Below are positions 15,298 through 19,036 of a stretch of 19,036 nt of DNA, one piece after another. The notes under the pieces are model-generated. The model ran no database searches, was not told the DNA's origin, and saw only the letters and a list, made by a program, of their open reading frames with translations. This DNA comes from Candidatus Hydrogenedentota bacterium (GTDB lineage: Bacteria > Hydrogenedentota > Hydrogenedentia > Hydrogenedentales > SLHB01): positions 1 to 19,036 of the forward strand of contig JAWXCN010000270.1 of the NCBI GenBank assembly GCA_034408725.1, written 5' to 3'. The stretch's first letter is position 1. Each line of letters begins with the position of its first letter. The position numbers were made by a program, and so were the translations under genes.

Positions 15298-16701
15298 TTG
15301 TTCAGGACGTACCTTTCCTGGTTAGGCATGGCGCTCGCCTGCGCAGTTGTGCTCGCGTTTCTTTGGCCGTCCGAAGCGGGGTCCGAGGCTGAGCGCGAGG
15401 CGTTGCGTAACGGCCGAAAAATCATTACCTATTGGGACCGTTCGCAAGGGCACGAATATGAAACACACAACGAGCTTATTCGCGAGTTCAATGCGAGTCA
15501 GGACAGAATCTACGTCCGGACACTGAGCGTCGGGTGGCGCATCGAGAAGTTGCTGACCGCGATTGCCAGCGGCGCGCCGCCGGACGTGTGCAGCATGGAA
15601 GCCCACACGCTTTCTCAACTTGCGCCCCAGGGATGTTTCGTCGCGCTTGATTCCTGGATGGCGACTCAGCCGAACATGAAACCGGACGACTTCTTTGATC
15701 ATCTGTACGAAATGGTCAACCATGAGGGGCGGGTGTGGGGGATACCCACATTGACGGATTCCTATTGTCTTTTGTGGAACAAAGCCGCGTTTCGCAAGGC
15801 GGGGCTGGATCCCGAACGCCCGCCGCGCACGCTCAAGGAGTTGGAAGAGTTCGCGGCCAAGCTTACGGTGCGCGGGCCTGGCGGCACGGTGGAACAAATC
15901 GGCTTCTTACCCTGGCTCCCATGGGACTTTACGTACATGTGGGGTGGGTACTTTGGGGGAGAATGGTTTGATAAGGAGAGGACGCGCGTAACGGCCGCAT
16001 CGGATCCCAACATTCTCAAGTCGTTGGAGTGGCAAGGGAGCTGGGTCAGGGACCCAAACGATCCCGACGCGCCGGCATACGCGCTTGATAGCGAAGTCGC
16101 GCAAGCGTTCTATAACGGGTTCTCGGCGGGCGGCGCGTATTTCAGCGCCACGAACCCATTTTATACAGGCAAGGTTGCCATGATTCACGAAGGCGAATGG
16201 CAATGCACGTTTATTCCCAAATATGCCCCCAGCCTTGATTGGGGCGTGGCGCCAATACCGCAACCGGAGGGAGCGCCTCCCCGTTCCTATTCTCCTTCCA
16301 CAGTCCTCGACGGCATACCTTCGGGAAGCCGGAACCCAGACGAAGCATTGACGTTTCTTGCATGGTTCTATGCGGAGAGGTCTGAGAACGAACCGTCTCC
16401 CGCGAGTGACTACGCCTTTCTGATTCATAACGTACCGGCGCGGCGCGTCGAAGCATCGCAGGAGCGGTTCAGCGGCGATCCGAAATTCAAGGTGTTTGTA
16501 AACGAACTGATGACGAAACCTGCGGTATATTTCCCGGCATCCCCTGTTGGACGGCTATTTGCGGATCAGACGCAGGTTGCGCGGGAATATGTTATGTTCG
16601 GTTTAAGCGAACCGGAAGCGGCATTGAAAAATTTAGAGTCCAAGGTGAACGCGGAATGGGACCGCGTGCGGCCCAAGACGGTGTCGGCGGCGGCGCCATG
16701 A
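15298..16701 (+). CDS. Carbohydrate ABC transporter substrate-binding protein (SBP_bac_1-like), ~467 aa
   Basis: N-terminal hydrophobic anchor, AIASGAPPDV, GRVWGIP, LLWNKAAFRKAGLDPERPPRTLKEL, FYTGKVAMIHEGEW, DWGVAPIP. Start re-called to TTG 15298 after GGAG (15286-15289); the start is uncertain. Confidence 0.9.
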   Translation: MFRTYLSWLGMALACAVVLAFLWPSEAGSEAEREALRNGRKIITYWDRSQGHEYETHNELIREFNASQDRIYVRTLSVGWRIEKLLTAIASGAPPDVCSMEAHTLSQLAPQGCFVALDSWMATQPNMKPDDFFDHLYEMVNHEGRVWGIPTLTDSYCLLWNKAAFRKAGLDPERPPRTLKELEEFAAKLTVRGPGGTVEQIGFLPWLPWDFTYMWGGYFGGEWFDKERTRVTAASDPNILKSLEWQGSWVRDPNDPDAPAYALDSEVAQAFYNGFSAGGAYFSATNPFYTGKVAMIHEGEWQCTFIPKYAPSLDWGVAPIPQPEGAPPRSYSPSTVLDGIPSGSRNPDEALTFLAWFYAERSENEPSPASDYAFLIHNVPARRVEASQERFSGDPKFKVFVNELMTKPAVYFPASPVGRLFADQTQVAREYVMFGLSEPEAALKNLESKVNAEWDRVRPKTVSAAAP

Positions 16702-17612
16702 CCCGAACTGAACGCCGCAATCTTCGTAATGGCCTATTGTTTGCGTCACCTTATATCTTTGGGTTTCTCGTTTTTACGCTTTATCCGTTTGCGGCGAGCG
16801 TGTACTACAGTTTTTGCAATTTCAATGCGATTGACCCGCCAGTCTGGACGGGTCTGGATAACTACAAGCAGATGCTTGGCGACGCGACGTTGCGGACGTC
16901 GCTGTTCAATACACTGTATTTCACCGTTGGCTCCGTCCCTTTGGGCATTGTGTTTGCCATACTGCTCGCGGTTCTGTTGAACCAGAAGCTCCGGGGCATT
17001 TCGGTCTATAGGACGGTTTTTTTTCTTCCGACAATTGTGCCACTGGTGGCATCCGCAGTCTTGTGGCTATGGGTGCTGAATCCCGAGAGCGGTCTGCTCA
17101 ACGGCATACTGCGGGCGATGAACGTTGATGGCGCCTTGGCGGCCGTTGGCCTTTCGTTGCCCAACTGGTTGTCCGATGAACATTGGGCGATGCCGTCGTT
17201 GATTTTGATGAGTTTTTGGAGCGTGGGAGGAGCGGTTGTCATATTTTTGGCGGGGCTCGCGGATGTTCCGCAATCGCTTTACGAGGTTGCGGACATCGAC
17301 GGCGCCGGGCCGCTCCGGAAATTTTGGAACGTAACGTTGCCGATGATCACGCCGACCATCCTGTTTAATCTGGTGATGGGTCTGATCGGAGCGTTTCAGT
17401 ATTTCACCCAGGTGTACGTTATGACGGCGGGCACTGGCGGCCCGGCAAACAAGACGTTGGTGTACGCGCTGTATTTGTACCAGATGGCTTTCAAGTATCT
17501 GAACATGGGCTATGCGTCCGCGATGGGGTGGATGTTGTTCGTATTGGTGCTGATTTGCACGCTGGGCGTGCTGTACACCTCCAAACGCTGGGTGCATTAC
17601 TATGGCGACTAA
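16698..17612 (+). CDS. Carbohydrate ABC transporter permease (MalF/UgpA-like), 304 aa
   Basis: GLDNY, YRTVFFLP, NPESGLLN, and EAA loop LYEVADIDGAG…FWNVTLP. ATGA overlap with the SBP stop. Confidence 0.93.
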   Translation: MTRTERRNLRNGLLFASPYIFGFLVFTLYPFAASVYYSFCNFNAIDPPVWTGLDNYKQMLGDATLRTSLFNTLYFTVGSVPLGIVFAILLAVLLNQKLRGISVYRTVFFLPTIVPLVASAVLWLWVLNPESGLLNGILRAMNVDGALAAVGLSLPNWLSDEHWAMPSLILMSFWSVGGAVVIFLAGLADVPQSLYEVADIDGAGPLRKFWNVTLPMITPTILFNLVMGLIGAFQYFTQVYVMTAGTGGPANKTLVYALYLYQMAFKYLNMGYASAMGWMLFVLVLICTLGVLYTSKRWVHYYGD

Positions 17613-18594
17613 GTCCTTGGCGAAATCCGTTGTCGCCCATGTCGTGCTGCTCGCGGCATCCGTGCTTTTTATTGCGCCGTTTGTCTGGATGGTGTCGACG
17701 TCGCTCAAGCATGAAACCCAGATATTCCCGAAAGCGGGGGAACCTCCGCAGTGGATTCCCACGACCGAACGGCTCGACGAGCAGGGACGCCGTTTTATTA
17801 CCTACGAGGGCAGGACCGGCGTGGAAATAGGCAATGAAGACGTTAAGAAAGTCATTCTAGTCGAGGGCGAAGAACTGCGGGTTTGGCCCGAGGACGTTGA
17901 AATCCAGCAGCAGGTAGGCATCCATTGGCAGAACTATCCACGTGCGTTCAACATGATCGATTTCTGGCTGAATCTCCGGAATACGTTGTTCATTTGCGCG
18001 TCGGTGGTAATTGCGACGGTCGTTTCGTGTTCGTTGGTAGCCTATAGTTTTTCTCGAATTGAATGGCCCGGACGTGACGCGGTGTTTGTTGTTGTGCTCG
18101 CAACGATGATGTTGCCCTACGAAGTTACGCTGATTCCGCTGTTTGTGGTGTACAAGTGGCTGGGGTGGACGGGGTCATTCAAACCGCTCATCATTCCCGC
18201 GTTTTTTGGGACGCCGTTCTATATCTTTTTGTTGCGGCAGTTCTTTATGGGAATTCCGAAGGACCTTTCCGCCGCCGCGCGTATCGATGGTTGCAATGAA
18301 TTGGGCATTTTTGCGCACGTAATTATTCCATTGTCCAAACCCGCGCTCGCGACGACGGCGCTCTTCATGTTCTTATATCAGTGGGCGGACTTTTTGAATC
18401 CGTTGATTTATCTCCAGGATGATCGGCAGTACACGCTTGCGATAGCGTTGCAGCAGTTCCAAAGCAACCATGAGGCTGAGTGGGGTCCGCTCATGGCCAT
18501 GTCCACCGTGATCACGGCGCCGGTGATCGTATTGTTCTTCCTTGCGCAACGGACATTTATTCAGGGAATCACCATGACCGGATTAAAAGGATAG
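17602..18594 (+). CDS. Carbohydrate ABC transporter permease (MalG/UgpE-like), 330 aa
   Basis: PFVWMVSTSLK, LATMMLP, IFLLRQFFMGIPKDLSAAARIDG, WADFLNPLIYL, QRTFIQGITMTGLKG. Overlaps the previous permease by 11 nt. Confidence 0.93.
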   Translation: MATKSLAKSVVAHVVLLAASVLFIAPFVWMVSTSLKHETQIFPKAGEPPQWIPTTERLDEQGRRFITYEGRTGVEIGNEDVKKVILVEGEELRVWPEDVEIQQQVGIHWQNYPRAFNMIDFWLNLRNTLFICASVVIATVVSCSLVAYSFSRIEWPGRDAVFVVVLATMMLPYEVTLIPLFVVYKWLGWTGSFKPLIIPAFFGTPFYIFLLRQFFMGIPKDLSAAARIDGCNELGIFAHVIIPLSKPALATTALFMFLYQWADFLNPLIYLQDDRQYTLAIALQQFQSNHEAEWGPLMAMSTVITAPVIVLFFLAQRTFIQGITMTGLKG

Positions 18595-18716
18595 TTCGTA
18601 GCGCCGGAATCTGAATGTGCTGGAGCGAGGGCAAGGCATGGGTGAAGCCAAAGCGGAAGCGCTGACCGAAGCGGACGCTGCTACCTCATTCCATGTTTAG
18701 AGCCTCTAACAATACT

Positions 18717-18837
18717 GCCGTAACCCCTTCAGGGTAAAAACCAGCAGGGGTGGGCCACGATCCTGGGGTAGGAAGGCGCGCATACAGCCGCGCACCTTCC
18801 AACCCCAGGCTGCGCGCCGTAGCCCCTTCGGGGCAAA
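18717..18837. repeat. Structured extragenic element: two 22-bp direct repeats flanking a 20-bp-stem hairpin
   Basis: GCCGTAACCCCTTCAGGGTAAA (18717-18738) and GCCGTAGCCCCTTCGGGGCAAA (18816-18837), 19/22 identical and each a mini-hairpin. Central inverted repeat 18762-18781 / 18790-18809 (18/20). Confidence 0.75.
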
Positions 18838-18892
18838 GAGAAGCGCAAGATTTGTTGGAGTTTCTTTCCGCACCAAAACAGTCGTGGCGGTC

Positions 18893-19036
18893 AGGGCAAT
18901 CGCGCTTAATTGCGAAGCGAAGTTACCCAGGAAATGAAAAGCGGCAGCTACCCGCTGCCGCACTCCAAGGCGCTGCGCGCGGATCTTTGGACGTCATTTG
19001 ACCGCGCGCAGCGCCTTGGACTGCGGCGTGTCAGCG
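18893..19036. repeat. REP-doublet (REPIN/BIME-like) palindromic element, copy 2 (inverted relative to copy 1, cut by the window end)
   Basis: AAAGCGGCAGCTACCCGCTGCCGC-ACTCCAAGGCGCTGCGCGCGG … CCGCGCGCAGCGCCTTGGACTGCGGCGTGTCAGCG. The reverse complement aligns to 61-203. Confidence 0.9.

Noticed and set aside
18706..19001. ORFs 18706-18963(-) and 18750-19001(+)
   Set aside because: They lie mostly within repeat elements and show no transposase or other motif.
1..19036. Window as a linear plasmid, phage or composite transposon with terminal inverted repeats
   Set aside because: The repeats are only ~89% identical, the left copy starts ~54-61 nt inside the window, and they are REP-like. The content is chromosomal (dnaA, pdxA) with no transposase, integrase, terminal protein or phage gene.

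Overview
Bacterial chromosomal window, GC-rich by eye, with 13 well-supported CDSs. Left to right: (1) a large secreted PqaA-family serine hydrolase with a long C-terminal extension (propeller-like region, ZU5-like module, Asp-rich TSP3-type repeats, LPV-TM-basic tail); (2) a TerB-like protein; (3) an alpha/beta hydrolase; (4) a MoxR - DUF58 - DUF3488/transglutaminase operon; (5) a minus-strand pdxA + 7-repeat FG-GAP operon; (6) a 785-bp intergenic region with DnaA boxes and sigma70-like promoters, followed by an intact dnaA with no dnaN or rpmH beside it; (7) an FAH-family hydrolase; (8) a carbohydrate ABC transporter (SBP plus two permeases, no ATPase). The non-coding DNA holds three different small structured elements. 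A ~143-bp REP-doublet element occurs at both window ends in inverted orientation (about 89% identical by hand alignment). A 125-bp MITE-like element with YTAR flanks fills the dnaA/FAH gap. A direct-repeat-plus-hairpin element lies at ~18.7-18.8 kb. I see no transposase, CRISPR array, tRNA/rRNA or defence system. No clearly new multi-gene system can be demonstrated from the sequence alone. The best leads are the surface-anchored PqaA fusion with its possible lineage-specific sorting tail, the repeat families, and the atypical dnaA/oriC context. All family calls come from motif recognition, not database searches.
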